Source of the DNA: the human T2T-CHM13v2.0 reference genome, Homo sapiens
Assembly: GCF_009914755.1 (NCBI RefSeq)
Contig: NC_060925.1
DNA: 64,000 bases
Direction: 5' to 3' (one strand)
Shown: positions 18,604 through 43,049 of the stretch, in pieces
Position numbering within the stretch: the first letter of the stretch is position 1
Layout: every line of letters starts with the position of its first letter
Position numbers and translations under genes: made by a program
The notes under the pieces: generated by a model
What the model was told of the DNA's origin: nothing
Database searches by the model: none
Seen by the model: only the letters and a program-made list of their open reading frames with translations

Positions 18604-19559
18604 GCAAAGGCTGACACATAGACTATGTGCTCAATAAATGGTAGCCAATACTCTTATTATTACAAGTCTATTTGGACACAGGACACAAGCATAAAATGGA
18701 GAAAATAACACTTTAAAGCAGGACATGCTACATAGCAGGTGCATAGAAGCTTGCTGAGGAGAATGACTGCTGGCATGCCGGGAGTCTGGGGGGAGGCAGG
18801 CGTGACTGTGGGTCTGGAGCTGAGCCTGGAGGAAGAAGGTAGGTGTAGAGACACTTCAGAGATGGAGATGAGCAGGTGTGAGTCACGTTTTCAGGGGAAC
18901 ATGTAAACTGGTTTGGTCAGAGGGTTTGCTGGATGACGTTTAAGACATTTTTAACCTCAAGATTCTGTGACCAAGGGATGTGAGTACAAGAAAGGAGAAA
19001 GAAAATTTAGAGGGAGAATTGGGAATATTTATATGTGCTAGAAACTCTGTTAGTTTAATCTTATGAGGTTGACTATGGCATGGTAGATCTGAAATGTACA
19101 AATTTAGGTCATGTGTGTGTCTGTGTTTGGCCTGAGACTCTGCCAGTGGCTGGAGAGGACTGTTAGGTCTGTTTGCTTGCTCAGCCCCTCTGCTGGCCTT
19201 TTCTTCTCCCTCCACCCTTTCCTTTCCGAGGTGATCTCGTCTCCTCCCATACTCCAGGGCTCACCTCTGAGCTCATGGCTCCCAGATCTCAAGGTCCCAC
19301 TCCAGCTCCTTCCCTGGCACTGACCCATCCATCCCATTGCCTGTCACACATTTCCATCTATGGGTCCCCTAGGATGTACCTCAAATTCCCCCTGCTCAGA
19401 ACAGGGCCCATCTTTGTCTCTTCCTCAACCCTTCAGTTGCCAAGCCTTTCCTCTCCACCCCAACTATTGCTCCCTATGCAGGCCTTCACTGTTTTCTGCC
19501 TGCCCCACTGCAGAAGCCTCCTGTCTGGTCTCCCTGCCTTCCTTCTCGCCTGCTGTATT

Positions 19560-23812
<4,253 letters not shown>

Positions 23813-24658
23813 ACTCTATGGGTCTTAGAAGCAATTGGATGAAGATCAGGGAAGGGGAATCAAAGGTGACATTCTGGTTCTGAGTCAAGTGAGTAGGAGA
23901 ATGGTGGTGGTGCCCTCAAAAGAAATGAGAAAGTCAGGGCAGCACCTGAACTGTGGAGATTAGTTTAGCTACAGACAGCAAGTTGTAGGCACTGGTGGGC
24001 ATCCTGGTGGGAAGTTTCAGCAAGGTGGTGGAGATGTGAGTCTGGAGGGCCGGGGTGGGGCCAGGGTAGAGTAGAGGTTAGACTCAGGAGTCACAGGCAG
24101 AGGAGTTGGTAGACAAAAGGGTGAGGAAGGAGATGCCTAATTAGCAGGAGGTGGGTAGAGACAGGAGGAAGGTTTGGAGACAGATGGCGGGAGAGGAAGG
24201 AGTAAAAGGCATTGAGATGGGAGAGGGAAGGGAAGGGAAGCCCAGGATGGTACAGAGCCATGAAAGACCTGGAAAGGTGAGAGTTCCATGGAGGAGGGGC
24301 AGCCTTCTGACAGTGTCAGTACTGGAGAGGTCAAGGAGGATACAGCTCAACAAAAGGTTTTGCAGTTGAGATCAGGCTGTTGACTTGACAGCATATTTCC
24401 TCTGGAGAAGTAACAGAAGAAACTATATTTCCGAGAAACTCACAAGGTAATCAAAAAAGAATGGCAGCATCACTGTCTTCCTTGGTCCATTTAAAAACTG
24501 CTGAGATGTATTATCAATATCTTTATCATTAGAGAGGCAAACCCTGAGGACATCACTAACTGGGCAAAATCTCCGTCCTTGTTTGCCCTCATGACTACCA
24601 GGGTTGTTTCCCTGGTACAGCAGCTCCTGAGTGTTCCCAGGGCTGCCTATTGACTTAC

Positions 24659-24739
24659 TCGGATGTGCAGGTCTTGGAAGAAGATGAGGAGTGTCTGCCG
24701 GATCAGCTGGAACTCCCCTGCAGAGAGACCACCATATAT
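24659..24739 (-). CDS. OSCP1: OSCP1 exon 4 (IYGGLSAGEF...QDLHIR)
   Basis: tggcag| ... CGA|gtaagt; 81 nt. Confidence 0.96.
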
Positions 24740-25278
24740 CTGCCAAAGGCAAGCAGAAAGCAGCACTTCACTTTCCAAGAGGGATGAGTAGTACGCACCG
24801 GCAGGGCAGATGGGTACTCAGGGATGGGAGCCAGATAGGTAAGGAGAGGACTGGGCTGCTGGGCAGGAGGGGCAGCGGGGAGACCAGCAGTGCTGCCTCT
24901 CCACGGTGACAAAGCCTGTTACCCCACACCTGAGCAGGGGTACACTTCCTGTCTCCCATTCTCCACAGACCTGGAGAGCCTGTTCCCCAAGATTTAGCAG
25001 AACATCCACCACCAAGTCCCTTTCCGAAAAGTGAGGAGAAAATGGCTATGCTCTGTATATTGCTTTTCCAATTGTGAAGGTGTCAGTAAGAGGACATAAG
25101 ATGATGATCCCTGTTACATTACCAAAATGGACACGGATTGCTTTTCAGAATGTTCTGGGAGAGTGGCAGGCTTTGCCATTCCTCATCCTGTTCTCTCTGT
25201 CATAGATCTACCTGTTCTTAACAGAGGGATGAGAAAAAGTACTGGGGCTGAGAGGCGAGACACTGATGGCACTCTTAC

Positions 25279-25446
25279 TTCTGTCAGCTGCCGCAAAGTC
25301 TCGTCCACTTGCTGCAGGATGGTTGGGGAGTCTCGGATGAATCCCTTGATGGTATCCAAGTGATTGAAAGTGACCAGCAGCACATCCTTGGGTCGGGGAC
25401 ACAGCAATACTTGATATTTGAAAGCCATGGTCATCAGGTCATAGAG
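25279..25446 (-). CDS. OSCP1: OSCP1 exon 3 (LYDLMTMAFK...LRQLTE)
   Basis: ggcag| ... GAA|gtaaga; 168 nt, phase 0-0. Confidence 0.96.
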
Positions 25447-25565
25447 CTGCCAACCCACACACAAGCAAAAGAAATGGGATCATATCAAAATCAGGTGTGA
25501 GAATCTCCAAACAGTGATTCAGTCAAGCATTTACTGAAAACCAACTCTGGGCTTGCCATACAGCT

Positions 25566-25697
25566 CGGGGGACCATATCACTTATCACCCAAATCAAGAC
25601 ACTTCTGAGAGTCAAAGCGGGTGCTTTTAATAATTAAGCCAGGAAAACAGGAGTAAGCCAGCACATTCCTGGGCAAACCAGGATTTCTGGTCACCTG
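25566..25697. mobile_element. Short hAT DNA transposon (MER81-like)
   Basis: Degenerate TIRs GGGGGACCATA...TGGTCACCTG; about 130 bp. Confidence 0.55.
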
Positions 25698-26309
25698 ATG
25701 TGTATTGTTAATGGGATACGTCTGAAATAATATTGGCAGCAGCGGAGTCCCAAAGTGAGCACTGGATCTGGAGAAAGAAAATGCAAATTTAAGTACTCCT
25801 TTCCTCCTAACTTATTGTATAACCTTGGCCAAGTTTCTTAACCTCTTTGGGCCTGAGTTTTCTCATCTGTAAAAAAATACTCTCTAATTTCCCAATGTTG
25901 CAGAGGTGCTGAGAGCAATAAATGAGGCAATATGTGTGCAAGTGGCAAGCATAGAGTTCTACAACTTTATAAGAATCATTTTAAATGATGAACTATGTGG
26001 ATATCAACAAGCCATCTCCACATAGGTGTGGTATGACCATACATGGAAGATCAGAAGGGAGGAACTGGTGGGGACCAAAGTGGTGAAGGCAGGCTTTGTG
26101 GTACAAGTGGCCTTATATAGCCCTCGAGGCAGCTGCAGGATTTAAGTTGGCTGAGGGCAGAGGAAAGACATTCCAGTTGAGGGAAACAGTACATGTGAGG
26201 GCCTGGAGGCAGCAATGAGTATGTTATTTTTCTGGGAGAAAGAGGAGAATGGCCTGAGGACAGTTTGTGTTGGGGATGGCAGGTAATAAAGTTGGGTAAG
26301 TATGGCAAA

Positions 26310-26530
26310 TGAAGATGGCAACAATAGAAACTGGGGACTGCAAGAATGGGGAGGGAGGGAGGGAGGTAGGGGTCAAGGGCTGAAAAACTAACTATTGGGT
26401 ACTATGCTGACTACCTGACTGATGGGCTCAATTGTACCCCAGACCTCAGGATCACGCAATATACCCATGTAACAAACCTGTGCATGTACCTCCTGAATAT
26501 AAAATAAAAGCTGAATTATTAAAAATAGAA
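26310..26530 (+). mobile_element. L1PB-like 3' end inserted in L2
   Basis: ATTGGGTACTATGCT...CCCATGTAACAAACCTGTGCATGTACC...AAAATAAAAG. Confidence 0.8.
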
Positions 26531-27325
26531 TAAAGTTTTTGGGGAGATACACAATATAATTTAGACTAGATGTAGTAGAAGTTAGGGGGTTAAAGTTTTC
26601 TGGGCTGACATGATCAAAGTGGTGACTGAACGAGATCTGGCAATGATGAGCTGTGACAAAAGGGAGAGACTAGTTAGGGGGAGTAGCTAGCACCTGGTTC
26701 CTGAAAAGATTACAATAAATATCTACTGATTGCATGAATGAAAGAAATGTTGTTGGAGCAATCCAGACTTAAGGCCTGGAAAAAAGATAGTGGGAACGGA
26801 GAAGTCAGGGAAAGGAAGATCACGCGATATTTAGAAGGAAAAGCTGTCAGTAGGTGGTGACTGCCTAGATTTGGGGGATGATGATCAGGGTTGTCCAGAA
26901 GGACTGCACCTTTTCAGCCTAGTGCGGGTGGGGAGGGATGATGCTATTGATGGAGGAAAGGACGTCTGAGGGATGTGGGAGCGGAGGAGCCAGGAGAGAA
27001 GATGGACGGTTAACTTAAGGACATGTCTGGGGCAGGATTGAAACGATAAACAACTACCATCTGAGTGTCATGCCAAGCACGTGTATATATATTACCTCAT
27101 TTGATCCCATTTATTCTTCACAAGAACTCTATGAGGTAGGTATTAGCCCAGTTTAATAATGAGGAAACTTGCCTAATTTCATATTGCTGGTAAGTGCAGA
27201 ATGATATTTGACCTCAAGACTATCAGATTCTAAGGCACTTGCCAGGACCCTGCTACACAATCCCATTTCTCCTACCTGCAGCCAAACATTTCCACTTAGA
27301 AGGTGGCATACAACCAGAATAGCTA

Positions 27326-29497
<2,172 letters not shown>

Positions 29498-29539
29498 AGT
29501 CCTCTTTCACATGGTGGGAGAAGTTGTAAAGGAATTATT

Positions 29540-30110
29540 ATTATATTTTACATTAACTAAAGACCAAACTTTAAAGATTTCATTAGTTTCCCCCTGACAT
29601 CCTATTTCTGTTCTGAAATCCCATCCAGGACACCACATTCTATTCTGCTGTCCTGTGTCCTTGGGCTCCTCTTGGCTGGACAGTTTTTCTGACTCTCCTT
29701 GACTTTGGTGACCTTGATAGTTTTGAGTACTGGTCAGGTATTTTGTAAGCATGACCAACCAACAGTATTTGTGTGATGTTTTTCTTATGGTTAGCCTGGG
29801 GTTTGGAGTTTCGGGGAGGAAGACCACAGAGGTGAAGTTCCATTTTCATCACATCATGTCAGGGTACATACTGGCAACCTGACTCATCACTGTTGATGTT
29901 ACCTTGACCATCCGGTTGGGGTAGTTTATCAAGTTTCTCTACTGTAAAGCTAATTATTTCTTCCCTCCTTTCCATACTGTACTCTTTAAAGTGCAGCCCC
30001 CACCTAAGGAGGGGGAGTTACACTCTCCCTCCCTGAGGGCAGAGTATCTACATAAATCATTTGGAATTCTTCTAAACAGACTTGTCTGTCCTCTGCCATT
30101 TATTTATGTG
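29540..30110 (-). mobile_element. L1MC/L1MD-like 3' fragment
   Basis: CCATCCAGGACACCACATT...TTTTGAGTACTGGTCAGGTATTTTGTA motif. Confidence 0.65.
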
Positions 30111-30354
30111 GAATTATTATTATTATTATTATCATTATTATTCAGAGGTAGATATATTCTTGAAGGAATTATTATTTAAAAAATCACAGCATCCCAATAC
30201 TTTGTTTCCCAAAGAAATAGATATGTTCACATTATGAGTAAAGACTGTTTTTGAACTTGCTCTAAAAAATATCTGGTTTCTACATTGCAGAGCTGAGATT
30301 TGTGAAGAATGAGGCAGAATTAAAGTTTTGGGGTTGAGTGCTTTTTAAAAATTG

Positions 30355-32380
<2,026 letters not shown>

Positions 32381-34312
32381 CTATAATTTTTAAAACCAAA
32401 TCTAAACATTTTTACTTAAAATTAAATATTATAAAAATGGGACCAACAATGGTAATTGACTCTTAATAATACCTCCTGAAAATAGACAAGTCTACCCACT
32501 GGTTAGAGATTAAAACACTTGTAATGTTGCTATAAGACATGTACTTTGAATAGCACCATTTTTGAATGCCTTAATTTCCACATTTGATCTATAATCTTGA
32601 TACTACAGTGTAGTGCTATATCTCACACTGCTGTTCAAATGGAAAATTTCCCTCTGGTGAGAAAGAAGTGTACAAACTAAAGTGTCTATAGTTTTAGGTC
32701 TTCATTCATCTAGATATTTTGCACTACTGAAATGAAATATCACTAGTTAAGGGCCAAGAAAACCCTCAGGTATGAGAAATAGGAAGAGGTATGGTTGAAC
32801 ATAGATTATCCTTAATTAAACCAGTTATCCTCGCCTAAATGTGAGCATATGTGGATACTGAGAATATACACTTACAGAAATTCAAATTTGAAAGAAAACT
32901 GGGTTACTTAAAATAATTATACAAAATCACTTATTAAACATGAGTGGTTATTATTGAAATATAGAAATTCCTTCTTCTTTTGCTGAACACAAAGGACACT
33001 CCAGATGACTGCCTGTGGCCATGTCTCTTTAGAGCAGAGGCAAGGTAGAGCAGTGAAGTGATTATTTTAGGCACTCTCAACCTGTAAGTAATTGACAGAA
33101 GTACCCGGAGGGCTCAGGCCCGCATTTTAAAGCATTTCAACACATTTTATGGGGGAAGGGGGAGCTGAGGGCTGGTTGTACTTAAATCTTAAATGGAAGA
33201 GCTACAGAGAGAGGGGAGAGGGGATACATCCCCAACACACACACCCCCGGTGACACAAATGAACTGACTGTGGCTCCATACAGAAATGCTAAACTCACAC
33301 TTGACCTTTAGATTTTACACTAGACTTGATCCTATTACTCAGTGAGGGAGAACCAAATCCATTACCAACACAGGATGTCCCTGACATCTGACAATTTCAA
33401 ACCATCCCAGCTTGCCCTTGATGTGCCCTAACATTTCCCCACCGTGGACAGCTTGGAGAGACATAGAACTCTGTCAGGTTTGCCTCATGCCTGACCACCT
33501 CCATTGCACTGAAACAAGAAAGAACCTGCAATAAACTGGGTTTTCTAACCTTTTTCTTACCATAGCCTACATAAAATGTAGCATTTGCAAGGAAACAGGC
33601 ACAATTGAAAAGCCACACATAAGTCCTCAAAAGAGAGAATATGAAGAATTTTCCACAGACTTACGTAAGCCAGGGAGGAGGAGTGCCAAAGAAGAATTCT
33701 AGTTGAAGCATCACATCAACTCTGGTTAGGTTAATGCTTACAAAGGGCTGCTATTCACCTAGGTGCTGAGTCATTTCTCTGGGGTCTTTGAGCCCTTATT
33801 AGGAGCTAGGGAAATAGCTTACACCCAGATAAATCAGTTCTGGACGAAAGAATACCCCAAGGTGATTGTTAGCTACTCGGGCAAAGTGAAAAGCAAAATG
33901 AAGTCTTTCCCCGTGGGAAGTGAAGAAGCTCTGGAGCACCATGGCTCCTGGCGCCAGCATCCAGACAGTTCACCTGCTGGGAAGAGGACGGCGGGGTCTG
34001 TCCTTGTGGGCAGAGCAGTGAGTACAAATGACCCCAAAGAGGAAATGGCAGTTTAATGGTTGGGCCACGACACCTAGGGCTCCCTCTTCTCGTTTCACTC
34101 TTTGGAAATAAGATGGAGGCACACGTTAACATGTTTTTGTCTTACAATTTGCTTCACCCAGCCCTTGGTTGAGGCAGACCTATTAGGTACCAGACAGTGA
34201 AATAAACACCACAGGCACAAAGAGGAAGGAGATGTTATCCTGGCCCTAGAGAAGCAGCACATCATCTTTAGGTTAAACCTGAGAAATAGTTTTTTTAAAA
34301 AATTTAATTAGT

Positions 34313-36225
<1,913 letters not shown>

Positions 36226-36856
36226 TGACAGAAGGTATCTGAGATTTATTTAAAGGCTGAGAAAGTCTAAGGCTTTATTCTGAGGAGTCGACAACTTTTT
36301 CAGGTTTCCTGCTTGCAGTAGGTAAGGGGAAACTGAAGCTTTTGCATGATGAGGCCACACTGCATGCATGATGTCATGCCTTCTGCCCACAGTCCTGGCA
36401 GCCATGCAGTTACATGCTTCAATTTTTCTCGGTTGCTCTGTGAGCTTAGGAGAATGGCTCAGGGAGGGTCACTCATGTTGAAGCACAATTCTTTGGTTAC
36501 ATGACAAAACAAAGTTGTTTTAAGGACTACCAAATAGGATGACATACCCCAAAGTATGGCTATTGCCCCAGCTGTCCCAGCAAAGCTTGGAACTGAGAAA
36601 AGGAGACATATCCCTCAAGTACAGTGTGGCTTTTTGGTCAGAGTTTGCTTAGTTTTCATCTTAACATGCTGTATTTCTTCCTCTTAAGTAAAAGATTCAA
36701 ATGTATAACCAATATCTCAGCTAAAGACAAACTCATGCCTATTTTCTTACTTTGACTTTGAAATGTTTCAAGCGGTCCCATTTTAAGCCCTGCTGATAAA
36801 GGCCTGAGTGAACCTGTGAATGCACACTGAACACATGCAGCCCGGAGATAGCATAC

Positions 36857-36886
36857 CTCGTTTTCTGTCCACCTCTGTCCATTCAT
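36857..36886 (-). CDS. OSCP1: OSCP1 30-nt cassette microexon (DEWTEVDRKR), giving a 389-aa isoform
   Basis: Pyrimidine tract, then ...catgtag|ATGAATGG...AAACGAG|gtatgc; phase 1-1, frame-preserving, no stop. Confidence 0.85.
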
Positions 36887-37910
36887 CTACATGAAGCATA
36901 CAAAAAGAAAACACCAGTTCATGAAGCAAGAACATTATTTTCAAGGAGGCTTTAAACATACCAATTCCAATGATCTTATCTATGAAACTTTACTTTTCAC
37001 GTTGGCATTTAATGTCTAATGTGAGCACACTGCCTTCTATTTGAAACCTTTAAAAGGATGATGGATAAACAACATATTTCAAAAAAGCTCAAGAAAGGCT
37101 ATGTCTTACAGAGACTGGCCTAAGAAGAGAGTAAACTGAGGAGGATTAGCTATCCTGTGGTTCATCTTGAAAGGCCCAAGAAGCCCCGCTCTCTAATGCT
37201 ACAAGAATACATATCATTCAGTAGTAGGCTTTTAAAGACGCTAGCCTCCATGAGGAAGAATAATTCCAAGAACAGGCAGAGAAAAGAGTTTCTTTGTATA
37301 CAATCTGAGTTTTCTTTTCTTTTCTTTTTTTTTTATTAATGTAAGATTTCCCTTTCTAGAGGACAGATGGAACTGCTCAAATTAGAAAACTTGAAATGTG
37401 AATTAAAAGGAAAATGTCAGCATTTGTTTCTGTTTTACTTTTTATATATATAGATGCATGATTTCCATGTAAAAAGAAGCGAATAATGATGGGACCACTA
37501 TGAAGAAAGCTTCTGAGGACAAAGGCAGTTGGGGAGATCCCAAGAGGAGACCAAATAAGGAAAAATGCAGTTGGCTAGAGAAATCGGTGAGAATCAAGAC
37601 TCTATGGGTTGAAACCTGGCTCTACTTACTGGCTATATAAACTTCAAGCAACTTGTTTAACCTCAGTTTCCTTCGTAAAATAGGGATCATAATAGCACCT
37701 ATCTTACAGGCCTATTGTGGGGATAAAGCATAACACACATCAAATACTTAGCTGGCTTCCCTTTGAGTTCTGTTTCCTCTACTGAGGGACATTAGACACC
37801 ACCCATAAAGGATGGAAGATGACTTTTTTCCTTTCCTTAATTTTTGATGGAGATTTCAATCTAGAAGAACCACCCCTAGATAAAAAAGTTCTATACACAT
37901 CTGTATTTCA

Positions 37911-39175
<1,265 letters not shown>

Positions 39176-40295
39176 CCTGCAGCATTTATTTAACTGGTGG
39201 TATAGTGTGATAGACTTGTGGGAATTCAAGGAGGTGGAGTTTTAATCCCCTTGCAGGTGTGTTTGGGGAATAGTGGTGCTGCCAGGGGGTCATCTCTGAA
39301 GGACAGTGACTCTCGCTGATAAAATGGAACTGGCAGACGCTCCCGAAGGCAGGCAGGCTGAACGCCAGCAGGGGTCTCTGTAGTGCTGTGTGCTCCCCTA
39401 CTCCTTTCCTCCTGAGAATACAGGGAAGAGAAACACCCTCTTTTTCTATTATTTCTCCAGATGACTTATTTGTGACAACTCCACTTTAGTTCTGTTTTGA
39501 GTGGGGGCAGGCCCAAGGCTATTCAGAGCTAGTCGTTAAAACTGGAACTAGAAAAATAAAACCAGAGTCTCACTGCCCTTTGGTTGCTTGTGCTACACTG
39601 TGATTGGCATGTCTTGGAAAAATCACTTTGTGGCCACATGCCTCAGTTTCCTCTCCTGTAAAATGAGGAATGTAAGCAAAAGATAATAAGGTCTTATTTA
39701 TAAATATTTTTAAGAGGCAAAGGTAGCTTTTATTATTCTCGCCATTGCTTTAAACAGGAGACAACATTCAATATGCAACACTCGATAGTTGCCTCATAGA
39801 GAGAGCACTTCCTTTCTGTTGAATGCTAAACTAGAGGCTGCGTTGTGGGGGAAGCTGCAACATCTGCCTTGGCCTTGTGGGAACAGGGATGGCCTCCAGG
39901 AGACCAATTAGTCGTATAAGATAATGAAAACATCTAGAAGAAATATGATTTCCACTCAAAGCTTCGAAGAGGACTAGTTTACCAAGTCTAGTGTTTTATA
40001 GGCTCCTGTGTACAGGGATCTGTTACAGGGGCTCTCGCTCCTGCGGCCACAACAACTTTAAATGGTGGAATAGGTGGAAGACATAAGTATTTCTCAGCCC
40101 GTTGAATCCTATGCTCTCTACCCTGTTTTCTCACTCTATCTTCTACAGATCTCCAACAGCCAACTATTTTGTCATTTATTTGATAAAATCAGTGGGTATA
40201 TTGGATATATATTTTTCAGACTCCTCCCTCTCCTCCTGACCTACCAACCCCCAGTAAGATTCTGATATAGTCCCCAAGGTATGGCAGCAGAGTAT

Positions 40296-40410
40296 AGTGG
40301 TTATAGTAAGGGGACTAAGTGGTTATAGTAAGGGGACATTGGCTGAGTATGAGGACATTGGTTATATGAGGGGACATTGGTTATAGTAAGGGGACATTGG
40401 CTGAGTATGA
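40296..40410. repeat. About 20-bp minisatellite (GGTTATAGTAAGGGGACATT / GGCTGAGTATGAGGACATT) inside a MIR head
   Basis: About six interleaved units read directly; the MIR continues to about 40590. Confidence 0.85.
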
Positions 40411-41269
40411 ACTTTGGAGCCTGATGCCTTGGGCTCAAATCCTTTACTTTTCCTCCTACCAGCCATGTAACTCTGGGCAAATTAGTCTTAGTTTCTCCAT
40501 CTGTAAAATGGGGATAGTAATATTACCTATGTGTTACAATAGTTGGGAGGATTAAGGTGTTTAAGAGGAGCCCTTGGTACAAAGTAAGTGCTTGATTTTT
40601 CATTGTTTTATTGTTGATTGCTGTCACTAGAATCAGTTACTGGAGTGGACTGATCAATAGCCCTACCTCCAGTGAATGTCCAGAAGGGCTGCATCAGGCT
40701 CCATATAGTATCTCACATAGTGTTTGACACTCAGTCAAAATCTGTGGAATGAATGAGTGTGCGAATGTAAATTACTAAAGATGGCCGAAACTCCCAAAAC
40801 CATATTTAGCAAAAGCAGAAAAAAGGCTATAACTCCTAAAGGTAAAGCTGTCCCCTAGTATTCCAAGGGCCTTGTCCAGACCTCCTCTTGAAAGATACCT
40901 ATTACTCATTGTGTTAAACATATTAAATACATTATTTCATTCAATCCTTACAACTTTGCTTTAACATATATGTATTATTACCATTTTATGGAGAAACAGG
41001 TTTATAGAGGTTACACCCAAAGGGCATGCAATTAGTTAAATGGTAAAGCTGGAATTGGGATCCAGGTCTGTAAGACTCTAGAGAGTATGTTCTTAATTGC
41101 TAATTTACACTATCTTCCAAGATGCAGACTACCTACCAGTCTGAGGACTCCAGCATGTCACCTCATTGGTGCCACTAGCCTGAATGAAATCAGATCACAC
41201 AGGCACCAAGGAAAACAGAACCCTCTCAAAGGAAAAATGACAATGCTATATAAAACTGCCAATTTAGAT

Positions 41270-41830
41270 AATCAGTTCAAAAAACATTTTGTGATCACTA
41301 ATTTATTCTGGTCTAGGAATTATGGTAGGTGCTGGAGTACAAAGATGAATAAGACAATCAAGAGGGAGATAGACATATACACAGATCATTTCAGTATAGC
41401 ATGGCCAGTGGTAAGGTACTGAGGAGCAGGCATGGGGTGCTATGGGAGCACAGGCTGCTATGAGAGCATGCACAGGCCCTTTCTGCATATGGGGAGGATT
41501 CCTGAAGGAGATGATTCTTAAGCCGAATAATGCAGGATTGAAGGGGAAGAATGTAGGGATGGGAATTACTAGCACAGAAATACGAACAAACATGGTTTAA
41601 GCGGAGATCTATGAGCAGTTTGGTATTATTGGGAAACAGGAGGCAGGCAGTGGTGGAAGAAGGGACTGCAGAGGAAGACAGAGATCAGATAAGGAAGGGC
41701 CCTGAAATGGCCTGTGCAAGGACTTGGTCTTAACCCAGATGGCAGTGGAAAGCTGACAAAGGGTTTTAGGCAGGGGCAAGTTTGGACAGATACACATTTT
41801 AGAAAGCTCATTGGCGGCAATGTGCAGAAT
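41270..41830 (-). mobile_element. L2 fragment
   Basis: AAAGATGAATAAGACA...GGTTTTAGGCAGGGG...CATTTTAGAAAGCTCA L2 motifs. Confidence 0.6.
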
Positions 41831-42690
41831 GAATGGAGGGGGTATGTTATAGGGAGTTATTTTTAGCTCTTTATGCATGGACTTGCACTCAGTCACACAC
41901 ACACAATAGTTAATATCTGAATATGTATGCTTAGCATCTGAATATGTATGTTGAACATCAATTGAGCATACAAAGATTAATGGAGAGAATGTTTTAATTA
42001 GCGGCCATGTCAATTGCCTTTTCAACTTTTCCTCCTCCACTTTGAAATATAATATTTCCTTCATACTTAATCCTAGGAAATTTGGTATAAGCAAGTTGTT
42101 TGCCGAGAAGGGAGGAAAAGAGGAAAAGGAACAGAGTGGCAGAGTGTTCTGAGTCGTCATTTTTCTGGGGATTAGTGTGGTGTCCATGGGAGCCAGATTT
42201 TGCATTTTCGAAGCTCTCATATAATTATTTTCACAATTGTATTCCCCTCCAACACTTGTGAGGAGACTTATAACTTTCTTATTTTTTCATATTTATCTAT
42301 ATTATTTTAGAACACCAAATTTCTAGAAATACTTCTGAGATGAGTAAGACCAATCTACAGCTTATGTGGGAAGATACTACCATAAAGAAATTAAGAATCT
42401 GAACCTGGGCTGGACGCGGTGGCTCACGCCTATAATCCCAGCACTTTGGGAGGCCGAGGGGGGCAGATCGTTTGAGTCCAGGAATTGAAGACCAGCCTGG
42501 GAAACATGGTGAAACCCCATCTCTACTAAAAATACAAAAATTAGCTGGGTGTGGTGGTGGTGCATGCCTGTAATCCCAGCTACTTGGGAGGCTGAGGCAC
42601 GAGAATCGCTGGAACCCAGGAGGCAGAGGTTGCAGTGAGCCGAGATCGTGCCACACACTCCAGCCTGGGCGACAGAGCGAGACCCTGTCT

Positions 42691-42727
<37 letters not shown>

Positions 42728-43049
42728 GAACCTGTTCCTTGGGGGTAAAGAGGATGCTTGGACTAGCAAGGGGTATGATACTAGATGGTGGGCAGCTGGG
42801 ACTCCTATATTTGGAAGGCACTGATTGACAAGAGAGACTGGGAAATCACCTCTCCCATTTGAAGAGATGGGGAAATTAGGGAGGTCAGGCACCCTAGTGT
42901 CCACTGGGAGTATTAAGTTCCTCTGCTGTGAAAAAAGCTTTTGGGGGGATTTGACTCCCGAGGGGCTCCAAATGGATGTGGCTTGTAAGAAAGGTCCCTG
43001 GTTATGAGTGAAGTGTGTAGGGGTGCGGGTCTGGCTGTGGGTGTTAGGG

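Noticed and set aside
24428-24436. STAT GAS motif TTCCGAGAA
   Set aside because: A single 9-mer is expected by chance in 64 kb; no supporting context.
40296-40410. CRISPR-like repeat array
   Set aside because: Units abut directly with no unique spacers; eukaryotic context with no cas genes.
41609-42220. 203-aa minus-strand ORF
   Set aside because: Runs through an L2 fragment and a 21-bp duplication (41915-41956); no homology recognised and no splice support.
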